DNA from: an uncultured Thermomicrobiales bacterium
Lineage (GTDB): Bacteria > Chloroflexota > Chloroflexia > Thermomicrobiales > UBA6265
DNA length: 61,332 nucleotides
Assembly (NCBI GenBank): GCA_902806345.1
Contig: CADCWF010000251.1
Location: 1-61,332, forward strand
Direction: 5' to 3'
In this document: positions 36,961 to 46,612 of the stretch, piece after piece
How the letters are laid out: each line of letters opens with the position of its first letter
Numbering within the stretch: the first letter of the stretch is position 1
Made by a program: the position numbers and the translations under genes
The notes under the pieces: model-generated
The model's input: only the letters and a program-made list of their open reading frames with translations
Database searches by the model: none
Told to the model about the DNA's origin: nothing

Positions 36961-37911
36961 TCAGGGACGGATCACGGCCTTGACGAAGCCGGGCGGCTTG
37001 TCGCGGAGATCGGCGTAGGCGCGGTCGACTTCGTCGAGGGCGTAGCGGTGGCTGACGAGGGACCCGAGGTCGATCAACCCCTTCGCCTCGAGCTCGAGAC
37101 CGATCCGCATGCTCTCCAGGAGGTCGGCCCGGCGGCGGACGTGGGCGTTGACGACGTCGATTGCCTTCCAGTTCCACATCCCGACATCGACTTGGCGGGG
37201 GCCGCCCTGGTGATAGCCGAGGATCGAGAGGACTCCGTGGGCGCGGACGAGCTTGCCGGCGAGGTCCAGCCCCGGCTGGGTGCCCGAGGCCTCGACGACC
37301 ACGTCGAACCCGCGGTCGCTCTGCCAGTGCCGGAACTCGGTCAGCGCGTACTCGGGCGGCAGGTCGGCCGGGTGGCAGGCCTCGTCGGCGCCGAGCGCCA
37401 GCGCCCGCTGCCGGGTCTCCTCCCGGACGTCAATGGCAACGATCCGGCTCGGCCCCCGCAGCTTGAGGAGCTGGAGCAGGCCGAGGCCCATGTAGCCCAG
37501 GCCGACAAGCGCTACCCGGTCGGCCAGTTCGATCGGCGTCCGCCGCTGGGCGTTGACGAGGCAGGCGAGGGGCTCGCCGAGGGCATTCTCATCGGCGACG
37601 TCGTCCGGGATCGGCAGCAGGAGCGTCGCATCGGCGAGGCAGAGGTCGGCGTAGGCGCGGTTGAAGAGCCCGGTCACTCGGTCGCCCTCGCGGAGCCGTT
37701 CCACCCCTGGACCGACCGCGACCACGACGCCGGCAGGCTCGTGCCCGAACCGGTGCGGGTAGCTGGCCACGCCGTCCGCCCACGGATGGAGCTCCGAGGC
37801 GCAGACGCCGCAGACGCCGAGCCGCACCAGCACCTCGCCCGGTCCCGGGTCCGGGGTGGGCAGATCGACCATCTCCGAGCGCTGGGGGGCAACCAGTTGA
37901 CTTGCACGCAT
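36961..37911 (-). CDS. Zinc-binding (MDR) sugar/polyol dehydrogenase
   Basis: GVCGVCASELH, GHEPAG, ENALGEPL, GLGYMG, and VVEASG. No structural-zinc Cys4 lobe. Confidence 0.9.
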   Translation of the reverse strand: MRASQLVAPQRSEMVDLPTPDPGPGEVLVRLGVCGVCASELHPWADGVASYPHRFGHEPAGVVVAVGPGVERLREGDRVTGLFNRAYADLCLADATLLLPIPDDVADENALGEPLACLVNAQRRTPIELADRVALVGLGYMGLGLLQLLKLRGPSRIVAIDVREETRQRALALGADEACHPADLPPEYALTEFRHWQSDRGFDVVVEASGTQPGLDLAGKLVRAHGVLSILGYHQGGPRQVDVGMWNWKAIDVVNAHVRRRADLLESMRIGLELEAKGLIDLGSLVSHRYALDEVDRAYADLRDKPPGFVKAVIRP

Positions 37912-37933
37912 TTCGGGTGAACCTCCGGCCTGT

Positions 37934-37978
37934 GCTCCCCCTCTCCCGATGCGCGGGAGAGGGGGCGGGGGGTGCGGG
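37934..37978. repeat. REP-like palindrome, family B
   Basis: 37934-37965 is identical over 32 nt to 40147-40178 (GCTCCCCCTCTCCCGATGCGCGGGAGAGGGGG). Confidence 0.85.
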
Positions 37979-38084
37979 CTCGGCGTCGGACGGCCGAGTT
38001 CCCGAAAACCTTCCATTGGCAGCCGTACTCGGGAGAGGGGTCTTTTCGGGGACCCCGAGGAGGGCGAGGTAAGCCTCCTCCGTC

Positions 38085-38951
38085 CTATCCCTTCAGCGCG
38101 CCCGATGCGAGCCCCTTGACGAAGTCGCGCTGGAAAACCAGGAACAGGACCGTCACCGGCAGCGACAGGATCAGGACGCCGGCCGTCATCAGCCCATGGT
38201 CGATGGCGAACCGGCCCTGGAAGAAGAGGATCCCGACCGGGAGCGTCCGCAGGTCGTCGGTGACGAGGAAGACGAGCGGCAGCAGGAGATCGTTCCAGCT
38301 CCAGAGGAACTCCAGCAAGGCGACCGTCACCAGGCCGGGGCGGGCGAGCGGGAGCATGATCTGCCAGAAGATCTGGAACTCGGAGGCGCCGTCGACCCGG
38401 GCCGCGTCGTCGAGCTCTCGCGGCAGATCCTTGAAGAAGGCGCGCATGATGAAGACGAAGATCGGGGCGGCGAGGGCGATGTCGGCGACGATGACGGAGG
38501 CGAGGCTGTCCAGCAGCCGGAAATCCCGCATCGTCACGTAGAGCGGGATGATGATCGCCGCGACCGGGATCGTCAGGCCGATCAGGAGGGCGTAGAGCAG
38601 GATCTTCTGGCCGGGGAAGCGGAGGCGACCGAAGGCGTAGCCGGCGAGCGAGGCGACGACGACCATGCCGACGACATCCACCACGGAGATGATCAGGCTG
38701 TTCTTGAAGTAGACCCCGAAGCGGCCGACCGTCCAGGCCTCGATCAGATTGTCGAGCGTCGGCGGGATCGGGGGCAGGAACGGGGACTGGATGATCTGGT
38801 CGCCGCTCTTGAAAGCGGTGAACCAGGCCAGCACTAGCGGCGCCACGGCGAAGACGAGCAGGATCGTCAGCGGCACGTAGACGAGCCACGAGCCGACGCC
38901 GAGCCGACCACGGCGGACGCCCGATGGGGCAACGATCGCGGGACTAGTCAT
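38085..38951 (-). CDS. Carbohydrate ABC permease (MalG-like)
   Basis: RAFFKDLPRELDDAARVDGA and WSWNDLLLPL. Confidence 0.93.
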   Translation of the reverse strand: MTSPAIVAPSGVRRGRLGVGSWLVYVPLTILLVFAVAPLVLAWFTAFKSGDQIIQSPFLPPIPPTLDNLIEAWTVGRFGVYFKNSLIISVVDVVGMVVVASLAGYAFGRLRFPGQKILLYALLIGLTIPVAAIIIPLYVTMRDFRLLDSLASVIVADIALAAPIFVFIMRAFFKDLPRELDDAARVDGASEFQIFWQIMLPLARPGLVTVALLEFLWSWNDLLLPLVFLVTDDLRTLPVGILFFQGRFAIDHGLMTAGVLILSLPVTVLFLVFQRDFVKGLASGALKG

Positions 38952-39885
38952 CGCCGCGCTCCCGGAGGGTGACGTTGACGACGGACGTGACGAGGATGAT
39001 CAGCGCCAGGGCGACCGCGATCGCCGAGCCGTAGCCGTACTGGTTCTTCTGGAACCCCTCCTTGAACATGTAGGTCGCCAGCACCTCGGTCGCCCGGATC
39101 GGGCCGCCCTGGGTCGTCGCCCAGATGATGTCGAAAACCTTGAAGGCGTCGAGCAGCGAGAGCAGCACGACGATGGTGATCGTGTTCCGCAGCGACGGGA
39201 TCGTGATGTCGAGGAAGGTCCGGCGACGGCCAGCGCCGTCGACCCGGGCCGCGTCGTAGAGAGTCGGGTCGATCCCCTGCATCCCGGCCAGGAGGATAAC
39301 GATGCTGAGGCCGAAGGTCATCCAGCTCGAGGCGACCGCCAGGGCCGGGAGGACGACGGCGAAGTCGCCGAGCCAGCCCCGCGCCAGGAAGCCGAGACCG
39401 ACGGCGTCGAGCGACGTGTTGAGGATCCCGGTCGGGGCGTAGATCCAGCGCCAGATCATGGCGGTGACGATCGAGGCCTGGACGACCGGCAGGAAGTAGC
39501 CGAGGCGGAAGAGGAGGCGGCCGCGGATATTCCCGGAGAGGAGTGCCGCCGCCACGAGCCCGACGACGAGGTTGAAGACCACGACGACGACCGTCCAGAG
39601 CAGGCTGTGCCGGAGCGCCTGCCAGAAGATCGGGTCGTCGATCAGGCGGCGGAAGTTGCCCAGACCGACCCACTCGCGCTCGACCGAGATCCCGTTCCAC
39701 TCGTAGAACGCCAGCCAGAACGTCTGCAGCGTCGGCCGCAGCACGAAGACGGCGTAGAGCAGGAAGACGGGCAGGATAAAGAGGTAGGCGGCGGCGTACC
39801 GCCGCAGCACGTAGCCGCGGACGTGCAACCGGCCGCGACCGGAAGACGCGGCGTCGATGCGTTGAGGGAACGGCCGGACCGCCAT
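38944..39885 (-). CDS. Carbohydrate ABC permease (MalF-like)
   Basis: WVGLGNF, LAGMQGIDPTLYDAARVDGA, and TQGGP. Confidence 0.93.
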   Translation of the reverse strand: MAVRPFPQRIDAASSGRGRLHVRGYVLRRYAAAYLFILPVFLLYAVFVLRPTLQTFWLAFYEWNGISVEREWVGLGNFRRLIDDPIFWQALRHSLLWTVVVVVFNLVVGLVAAALLSGNIRGRLLFRLGYFLPVVQASIVTAMIWRWIYAPTGILNTSLDAVGLGFLARGWLGDFAVVLPALAVASSWMTFGLSIVILLAGMQGIDPTLYDAARVDGAGRRRTFLDITIPSLRNTITIVVLLSLLDAFKVFDIIWATTQGGPIRATEVLATYMFKEGFQKNQYGYGSAIAVALALIILVTSVVNVTLRERGDD

Positions 39886-39939
39886 GGCGGAGGTCTCCTT
39901 GCGCCGGTTCGCGTCGATTCTCTCGGGCTTACCGGAGAG

Positions 39940-40192
39940 CCCTCACCCCTACTCGGGAACCCGAGGAGAGAGGGGAGCCCATCGGTCTTTGATTGCTGCC
40001 TCCACCTCCCTGGCCTTCGTCGTCCTGAGCGAAGCCAAGGATCTCTCCTTGGGGACCCGCCGCAGCGGCGTTCTTCGTCCGCCAATTGCCCGAGTCGGAG
40101 AGTGATCCTTCGGTTCGCTCAGGATGACGGGGTAGCTGGCCGGCCTGCTCCCCCTCTCCCGATGCGCGGGAGAGGGGGTTGGGGGGTGAGGG
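39940..40192. repeat. Mosaic repeat element: family B (39940-39979) + family A (40019-40128) + family B (40147-40192)
   Basis: Three palindromic units fill the 333-nt gap between the SBP and the first permease gene. Confidence 0.82.
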
Positions 40193-40218
40193 CTTTCCCG
40201 GACCGGCGAGCGCCGGGT

Positions 40219-41601
40219 CTACGCCCCGCAGGTCACCCCGCCCGGCTGGAGGTGGAGGTTCTCCGCCTTGGCCGCTTCCCAGGCCGCCTGGACCGCGGCG
40301 TTGAACTCCTCCGGCGACATCTGGCCGGCGAGCAGCGCCTGCAGGCCGTCGTAGGTGACGTCGGTCATCGTGGCCGGGGTGACGGTGTCGAGGAACGCGT
40401 GGATGGTGCCGTTTTCGCGGTGCTCGTTGCTGAGGGCGAACGCCTCTTCCAGCAGCGTCGGCAGCTCGATCTCGGTCAGGTCGATCTCGCCGACGGGGAC
40501 GCTGTCGCCGCTCTCCAGCAGCATCCGGCGGCTCTCGTCGCGGAAGAGCATGAAGTTCAGGACGTCCGCTGCCACGTCCGGCGCCGCCGTCTGGCTGTTG
40601 ATGTACCAGCCGGTGCCGATGTCCTCGGTCGGGTAAATCGGCGTGCCCTCAACCGGCGACGGCACCGCGAAGACGCTGAACTTGGCGATCTCGTCGCCGA
40701 GGTCGCGCTCGGCGTCGGCGATGATCCAGGGGCCGGTGTAGATCATCGGCACGTCGCCCCGCCAGAACTGGGCGACGACGTCGTCCTGGAGCTCGGCCAG
40801 GGGGTTGGGACCGAAGCAGCCGGCGTCGGCGAGCTCCTTCAGCTTGGCGGACGCCTGGACGAAGGGTTCCTCGTCCCAGCGGCCCTCGCCGAACATCACG
40901 TTGTCGACGCCTTCGGGGCCGGCGTACCGCCCCCAAAGCATCGACTGCCAGTGCGAGATCGGCCACTTGTCGGCGCCGCCGAGGCCGATCGGCATCGCGA
41001 AGCCGGCCTGGCTAAGGGTATCGCAGGCGGCCATCAGGTCGGCCCAGGTGGCGGGGATCTCGATGCCGTTCTCGGCGAACACGTCCTTGTTGTAGAACAT
41101 CAAGGTGGTCTCGACGCTGTCGCCGACCGCCCACAGCTTGCCGCCGGACGAGGTGTAGTTGACGATCGTCTCCGGGATGGTCTCGTTCCAGCCGAGTCCG
41201 CAGAAGTAGGGCGTCAGGTCGAGGGCGTGGCCGGCGGCGACGAGGGCCGCCGGTTGACCGGGTCCCGTGCCGCCCATCCAGATGTCCGGCCCCTCGCCGG
41301 CGTTGAGGGCCGGCAGCAGGGTCGGATTGAAGAGGCTGCTGCCGACGAAGGTGGACTCGATGGCCACGTTCGGGTGTTCCGCCATGTACTGCGCGTAGAT
41401 CTCGGTCAGGGCGTTGGTCGTCCCCGGCTCACCGTTGAGCCAAACCGTCAGTGAGACCGGCTCACCCGACTCCTGGGCGGCCGCTCGCCGCGTGCCGGCG
41501 AGTCCGGCGCCGGCTGTTGCCGCGAGACCGAGCGCGGTGCCGTGCTTGAGGATCGTGCGGCGGCTGATCGCGGCTCGCCCCTCCGGATTCTGATCGGACA
41601 T
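40219..41601 (-). CDS. ABC carbohydrate solute-binding protein with Tat-type signal
   Basis: SD AAGGAGG about 9 nt before ATG 41601. Signal ISRRTILK...RRAAAQ with no lipobox; MFYNKDVF...EIPATWADL. Confidence 0.92.
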   Translation of the reverse strand: MSDQNPEGRAAISRRTILKHGTALGLAATAGAGLAGTRRAAAQESGEPVSLTVWLNGEPGTTNALTEIYAQYMAEHPNVAIESTFVGSSLFNPTLLPALNAGEGPDIWMGGTGPGQPAALVAAGHALDLTPYFCGLGWNETIPETIVNYTSSGGKLWAVGDSVETTLMFYNKDVFAENGIEIPATWADLMAACDTLSQAGFAMPIGLGGADKWPISHWQSMLWGRYAGPEGVDNVMFGEGRWDEEPFVQASAKLKELADAGCFGPNPLAELQDDVVAQFWRGDVPMIYTGPWIIADAERDLGDEIAKFSVFAVPSPVEGTPIYPTEDIGTGWYINSQTAAPDVAADVLNFMLFRDESRRMLLESGDSVPVGEIDLTEIELPTLLEEAFALSNEHRENGTIHAFLDTVTPATMTDVTYDGLQALLAGQMSPEEFNAAVQAAWEAAKAENLHLQPGGVTCGA

Positions 41602-41770
41602 CGTCTCCATCCTCCTTGATGTGAAGTCGTGGCTCACCAATCGGAACCGCGACGCGTGATCGGCCTCCAGCGGCCACCAGTGGCTGTGCGAGCCCCGAGG
41701 CCAATAGAGCCGGCAGTGCCTCCTTCCATGCACCGCGTCCTCCGCCTAACGGTATCGGTCCCCGGCGGCC

Positions 41771-42802
41771 CTACGCCGAGTCCCGGACGATCAGCTCGTA
41801 GGGCATCTCGACGCGCCGCCCTTCGCCGACGACGGTGCCGGCGAGCCGCTCGAAGAGCATCTCGGCGGCGCGTCGGCCGAGGCGCTCCGGGAACTGGGCG
41901 ACGGTCGTCAGGGACGGGTTGGCAAGGCGGGCCACGGTGATGTCGTCGTAGCCGGCGAGGGCGATATCGGCCGGCACCCGCAGCCCGGCTTCGCGGATCG
42001 CGACGAGGGCGCCGAGGGCCATCATGTCGTTGGCGGCGAAGACCGCCCGTGGTCGGGGCGAGCGGGCCAGCAACTCCTTCATCGCGGCGTAGCCTCCCGC
42101 CTCGGTCGGATCGTTGCCGAAGGCCAGCATCTCCGCCTGGCCCTCGCCGCGCTCCGCCAGCAGCCGGCGGTAGGCGACTATCCGACCCTCCCGCCGGTGA
42201 TGGTTGTCGGCGGCGGCCACCATCCCGAGCGGGGCGTACCCCCGGTCGATCAGGTGCTCGACCAACCGGCCGGCGGCGGCCTCGTCGTTCAGGAAAATGG
42301 CGTCGAACCGGGGCGCCGTCGTCGGCTCGGCAAACTCGCCGAAGACCACGACCGGGACGCCGTCGGCGAGGAGGGGGGCGAAGTCGTCGGCCTTGAGCTG
42401 GAACGGGGTGGCGATTATGCCGTCGACCCGCGCCCGCTGGACCGCCCGCAGGGCGCGCAGCTCCTTGGCGCGGAGGCCGTCGGTGTTGTAGGCGACGAGG
42501 TCGTAGCCGCGATCGTCGGCGATGTCCTGGATCCCCCGCTCGAAGGCGGGGTAGAAGGGGTTGGTGATGTCCGGGATCAGGCTGGCGACGAGCAGGGACT
42601 TGCCGGTCCGCAGGCTGCGGGCGGCCCCGTCGGCGACGTAGCCGAGGTCGGCGATGGCCGCCTGGACGCGCTCGCGGGTGGCCTCCGAGACGGCGACGAG
42701 GGCGCGATCGTTGAGGACCAGGGAGACGACCGTCTGCGAGACGCCGGCGGCGCGGGCGACATCGGCCTGAGTCGGTCGCTTCCGTGTCGACGCGCCGGTC
42801 AT
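41771..42802 (-). CDS. LacI family transcriptional regulator
   Basis: PTQADVARAAGVSQTVVSLVLN HTH, AARSLR hinge, FAANDMMALG, and GYDDI. Confidence 0.96.
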   Translation of the reverse strand: MTGASTRKRPTQADVARAAGVSQTVVSLVLNDRALVAVSEATRERVQAAIADLGYVADGAARSLRTGKSLLVASLIPDITNPFYPAFERGIQDIADDRGYDLVAYNTDGLRAKELRALRAVQRARVDGIIATPFQLKADDFAPLLADGVPVVVFGEFAEPTTAPRFDAIFLNDEAAAGRLVEHLIDRGYAPLGMVAAADNHHRREGRIVAYRRLLAERGEGQAEMLAFGNDPTEAGGYAAMKELLARSPRPRAVFAANDMMALGALVAIREAGLRVPADIALAGYDDITVARLANPSLTTVAQFPERLGRRAAEMLFERLAGTVVGEGRRVEMPYELIVRDSA

Positions 42803-42845
42803 CGCCCCGCCTCGCCCGTCGAGAGATTCCGCCGGTAGGGATTGC

Positions 42846-42894
42846 TACGTATTAGCGTTACGTATTAGTATCCCGCGTAACAGTTCTTTGTCAA
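42846..42894 (-). promoter_or_regulatory. Sigma-A promoter of the lacI-like gene with tandem operator-like sites
   Basis: Minus-strand TTGACA (42894-42889), then 16 nt, then GATACT. TACGTATTAG repeats directly at 42846-42855 and 42859-42868, each with a TACGTA palindromic core. Confidence 0.65.
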
Positions 42895-42985
42895 TCCGCC
42901 GGCTCGGCCGGGGGATGGGACGCGGCGGCGGCCGAACGGGTTTCGGGACAGACGCAAAGGGCAGGGGGAGGCGGGGTTGGAGACG

Positions 42986-44047
42986 ATGCGGATTGGCATT
43001 GTCGGCGCGGGTTGGATGGGCCACGAGCACACCACGGCCTGGCGGAACAACGCGCCGCGAGGCACGGTCGTCGCCGTCGCCGACGCCTCCTCCGAGCGCG
43101 CACGCCACCTGGCCGGAACGCTGCCGGACGCCGATGTCCGCACCTTCGCGGACCTCCCGGCGATGCTCTCCGACGGCGAGATCGATGCCGTCGACATCTG
43201 CCTGCCCCACCACCTCCACACCCAGGCCATCCTCCAGGCCGCCCGCGCCGGCGTGGCGATCCTCTGCGAGAAGCCGGTCTGCACGACGCTCGACGACGCG
43301 GCGACCATCGGGGCGACGCTGGCCGAGACCGGCGTCACCTTCATGGCCGCCCACAACCAGCTCTTCCAGCCCAGCCTGGTCGAAGCCAAGCGGCTGCTCG
43401 CCAGCGGCGCGCTCGGCCGTCCGTTCGTGATCCGCTCGATCGAGGCGGTCCAGAACCGTGGCTTCGTCACCGGCAAGGTGCCGATCGACCTCGGCGGCGG
43501 CGAGAGCCCCTGGGCCTGGCGGGCGGACAAGGCGAAGATGGGCGGCGGCGAGGTGCTCGACACCGGCTGGCACGCCACCTACCGCCTGCTGGCGCTCGCC
43601 GACGAGCGGCCGATCGAGGTCGTCGCGATGACCGACCGCTTCCACGTCAAACAGCTCGACGTCGAGGACACCGGGGTGGTCATGGTCCGCTTCGCCTCCG
43701 GCGCGATTGGCGAGATTCTGACCAGTTGGGCGTTCGCCCCGGTCGGTGGCTGGCACTTCGAAGTCGGCGCCCAGCACGGCAGCCTGGCCGGCTCGCGAAC
43801 CCGCCTCGTCCACCAGTTGCACGGCTGGACGGAGGCGGTCGAGATCGCGAACGAACCGGCGCACACCTTCACCGACGAGGTCGCCCATTTCCTCGATGTC
43901 GTCCAGCGCGGCGCCCCCTCGCAGGCGACCTTCGCCGACGCGGCGCGGGTGCTCCAGGTGACGATGGCCATCTATGCCTCGGCCGAGCAGAAGCGGATCA
44001 TCGCGCTCCCCGAGGACCCGGTCGTGCCAGGCGAGCCGGTGGCGTAG
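42986..44047 (+). CDS. Gfo/Idh/MocA family oxidoreductase
   Basis: IGIVGAGWMG, DAVDICLPHHLH, ILCEKP, MAAHNQLF, and GGGEVLDTGWH. Confidence 0.94.
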   Translation: MRIGIVGAGWMGHEHTTAWRNNAPRGTVVAVADASSERARHLAGTLPDADVRTFADLPAMLSDGEIDAVDICLPHHLHTQAILQAARAGVAILCEKPVCTTLDDAATIGATLAETGVTFMAAHNQLFQPSLVEAKRLLASGALGRPFVIRSIEAVQNRGFVTGKVPIDLGGGESPWAWRADKAKMGGGEVLDTGWHATYRLLALADERPIEVVAMTDRFHVKQLDVEDTGVVMVRFASGAIGEILTSWAFAPVGGWHFEVGAQHGSLAGSRTRLVHQLHGWTEAVEIANEPAHTFTDEVAHFLDVVQRGAPSQATFADAARVLQVTMAIYASAEQKRIIALPEDPVVPGEPVA

Positions 44048-44125
44048 GAAACCTGGATCGACGCTCGCTGGCGCAGGGGCGCGGCGGAGGGAGCACGGCG
44101 AACCGGAAGCGGTCACGGGGGGACG

Positions 44126-45019
44126 ATGTACTCGACGCTGGGACCGGAGGCGCTCGGGATCCGCGGGCTATCGCTGGAGGAGGCGATCGACCTCGCCCAG
44201 GCGGCGGGGTTCACCGGGCTTGCCTTCGACGTCAAGGTCGCTGCCGCACTCGCCGACGAGCACGGCGTCGCCTACGTCCGGGATCTCTTTGATCGGGCGG
44301 GCGTCCGGCCGGGGCACTGGAACCTGCCGGTCAACTGGCGGCAGGAGGAGGGGTGGGAGGCCGAACTCGGCGAACTACCGCGGCTGGCGTCGGTCGCCGC
44401 GGCGCTCGGGGCGCCCAGGACGGCGACCTTCATGCCCTCCGGCTCGAACACGCGGGCCTACGAGGAGAACGTCGAGTGGCACGTCGCCCGGCTGCGCCCG
44501 ATTGCCGAGGCGTTGCGGATCGAGGGGTGCCGGTTCGGGATCGAATACATCGGGCCGAAGACGTTCCGGGACCAGTTCGCCCACGCGTTCGTCCACACCC
44601 TCGCCGGCACCCGGGAGCTGATCGCGGCGATCGGCGGCGACAACGTCGGCCTGATGCTCGACGCATGGCATCTCTACACCGCTGGCGAGACGGCCGCCGA
44701 CCTCGCCGGTCTGACGAACGACGACGTCGTCGTCGTCCACGTCAACGACGCCCCGGCCGGGGTAACGCGGGACGAGCAGATCGACACCGTCCGCGCCCTA
44801 CCGGGGGAGACGGGGGTCATCGACCTGGGGTCGTTCATGGCCAAGCTCTCGGCGATCGACTACGACGGCCCGGTCATGCCGGAGCCCTTCAGCCAGCGGC
44901 TGGTCGATCGCGCGGCGACCGACCCGGCCGGGGCGGCCGCCGAGGCGGCGGGGTCGATGCGAACGCTTTGGCGGGCCGCCGGCTTGGCCCAGGGGGAGCA
45001 GGTTCGCGCCGGAGGCTGA
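44126..45019 (+). CDS. Sugar-phosphate isomerase/epimerase TIM barrel (AP_endonuc_2 / IolE-IolI-like)
   Basis: FGIEYIG, LMLDAWHL, VHVNDA, RALPGETGVIDL, and PEPF metal-binding pattern. Confidence 0.9.
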   Translation: MYSTLGPEALGIRGLSLEEAIDLAQAAGFTGLAFDVKVAAALADEHGVAYVRDLFDRAGVRPGHWNLPVNWRQEEGWEAELGELPRLASVAAALGAPRTATFMPSGSNTRAYEENVEWHVARLRPIAEALRIEGCRFGIEYIGPKTFRDQFAHAFVHTLAGTRELIAAIGGDNVGLMLDAWHLYTAGETAADLAGLTNDDVVVVHVNDAPAGVTRDEQIDTVRALPGETGVIDLGSFMAKLSAIDYDGPVMPEPFSQRLVDRAATDPAGAAAEAAGSMRTLWRAAGLAQGEQVRAGG

Positions 45020-45071
45020 ATTCCCCCGCAGGACGCCGCGCAGACGCGCTTTGCTCGAAGGGAGGTTCTCG

Positions 45072-46460
45072 ATGCCCGTCGTCGACCGCCGCGAGTTCGG
45101 AGGACGCTTCTCCGTCAAGGAGAACTCCCAGCGGCTCGCGAACTACCGCTACCTCGAGATCCAACTGATGGAGATGATCGGCGGCTGGTGCCACACCATG
45201 CCCCAGCTCGCGGTCAAGGCCACCTTCGGCTACCACGTCTACGACCACGCCCAGGCAGCCGACCTCCTGAGCGAACGGCTCGAGCAGTTGCGGGCGGCCC
45301 GGACGAGCCAGGAGCCGGCGACCGACGCCTTCGCAGAGTTGTGCGAGTACGTCTGGCTGCTCGACTCGACGATCGACCGCCTGGTCGCGGTCTACCGGGT
45401 GCTGGAGCCGCACCTGGTCAGCTCTTACGTCTACCACGCCGACGCCACCGACCCCCTCAGCGACGCCCCGACGGTGCGGCTGCTCCGCCAGTTGGCGGCG
45501 ATGGGGCAATCCCACGTCGCCTGGGGCCAGGCGGTGCTCGACGGACTGACGCGGAGCCCGGACGAGCGGCGGCGGGCGCTGGAGGTGCAGGCCGACATCG
45601 AAGCCCGGCTGGTCGCGTGCGGCGGGGTGACGGGGCAGGGGATCGAGTCCCACTGGCTGACGTTCCACAGCGCCAAAGAGGAGGAGAAGTCGCCGGCCCG
45701 TGTCAAGCGGGGCCGTGGCGGCTACAAGTTCCGCAAGCAGTGCGCGCCGCTCGATCACCCGGTCGTCGAGGCGCCCTTCTGGTTCTCCGGCGACCCGGAC
45801 GACTTCAAGGTCTACCAGGCTGACGACGAGTGGTCGCTGGAGGGGTTCCGCCACAAATTCCACCAGTTGCTCTATGGCGAGGTCGAGACGACCGACCGGA
45901 TGGGCAAGATGCTCGCCGAGTTCCCCGACCTCCCCTGGGAGATGCGGATGGAACTCGCCCACCAGATGTGGGACGAGGCCCGCCACATCGAGATCGTCGC
46001 CAAAGTCGTCGAAGACGAGTTGGGCGGCGAGCTGGGCTACGGCCCGTGGACGCTGGTCTGGTGGTGGATGCAGAACGAAGCCGACCCCCTGCGGCGGATC
46101 GCGGTCACCAACTCCTGGGCCGAAGCGAACCTGATGCACACCCTGCGGGAGTGGCGGGAGAAGGCCGAGGCGCGCGGCTTAACCCGGATCGCCGAGCTGT
46201 CCGACTACCTCCAGGCGGACGAGCGGACCCACGTCCGGTTGGCCACCGACTGGATCCGGGCCCTGACCGAAGAGGACCCCTCCAAGCGGGACGACCTCGT
46301 CCACTGGGGCCGCGAGGCGATCGCCCGCATCCAAAACTTCAACGCCCGCCGCGACGGCGAGATCGTCACAAAGACGGCCGGGGCCGACGCCCGCTTCACC
46401 TTTCAGAAACCGGGCGACGCCTCGCTCGTGGGGGCGGTCGCGGAGGTCGCGGGCGACTGA
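45072..46460 (+). CDS. Tandem ferritin-like domain protein (DUF455-like di-iron C-domain, degenerate N-domain)
   Basis: SD GGAGG. C-domain ligand set HQLLYGE ... WDEARH ... AEAN ... ADERTH. The N-domain echoes it as YLE ... YDHAQA ... LEPHL ... GQSHV. Confidence 0.8.
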   Translation: MPVVDRREFGGRFSVKENSQRLANYRYLEIQLMEMIGGWCHTMPQLAVKATFGYHVYDHAQAADLLSERLEQLRAARTSQEPATDAFAELCEYVWLLDSTIDRLVAVYRVLEPHLVSSYVYHADATDPLSDAPTVRLLRQLAAMGQSHVAWGQAVLDGLTRSPDERRRALEVQADIEARLVACGGVTGQGIESHWLTFHSAKEEEKSPARVKRGRGGYKFRKQCAPLDHPVVEAPFWFSGDPDDFKVYQADDEWSLEGFRHKFHQLLYGEVETTDRMGKMLAEFPDLPWEMRMELAHQMWDEARHIEIVAKVVEDELGGELGYGPWTLVWWWMQNEADPLRRIAVTNSWAEANLMHTLREWREKAEARGLTRIAELSDYLQADERTHVRLATDWIRALTEEDPSKRDDLVHWGREAIARIQNFNARRDGEIVTKTAGADARFTFQKPGDASLVGAVAEVAGD

Positions 46461-46612
46461 GGTACGGACTGAGCGAGGTCCGCCCCCCAAGGAAGGAGGT
46501 GGTGTCGCCGAAACGAATGGATCGACGAGTCGGCCGCGCCGGAGAGGCGCCGACGCGATCCCCAGGACCGGTTGACCCCAGCTGGGTAACCGGCGAGACG
46601 AGGAGGTCGAAG

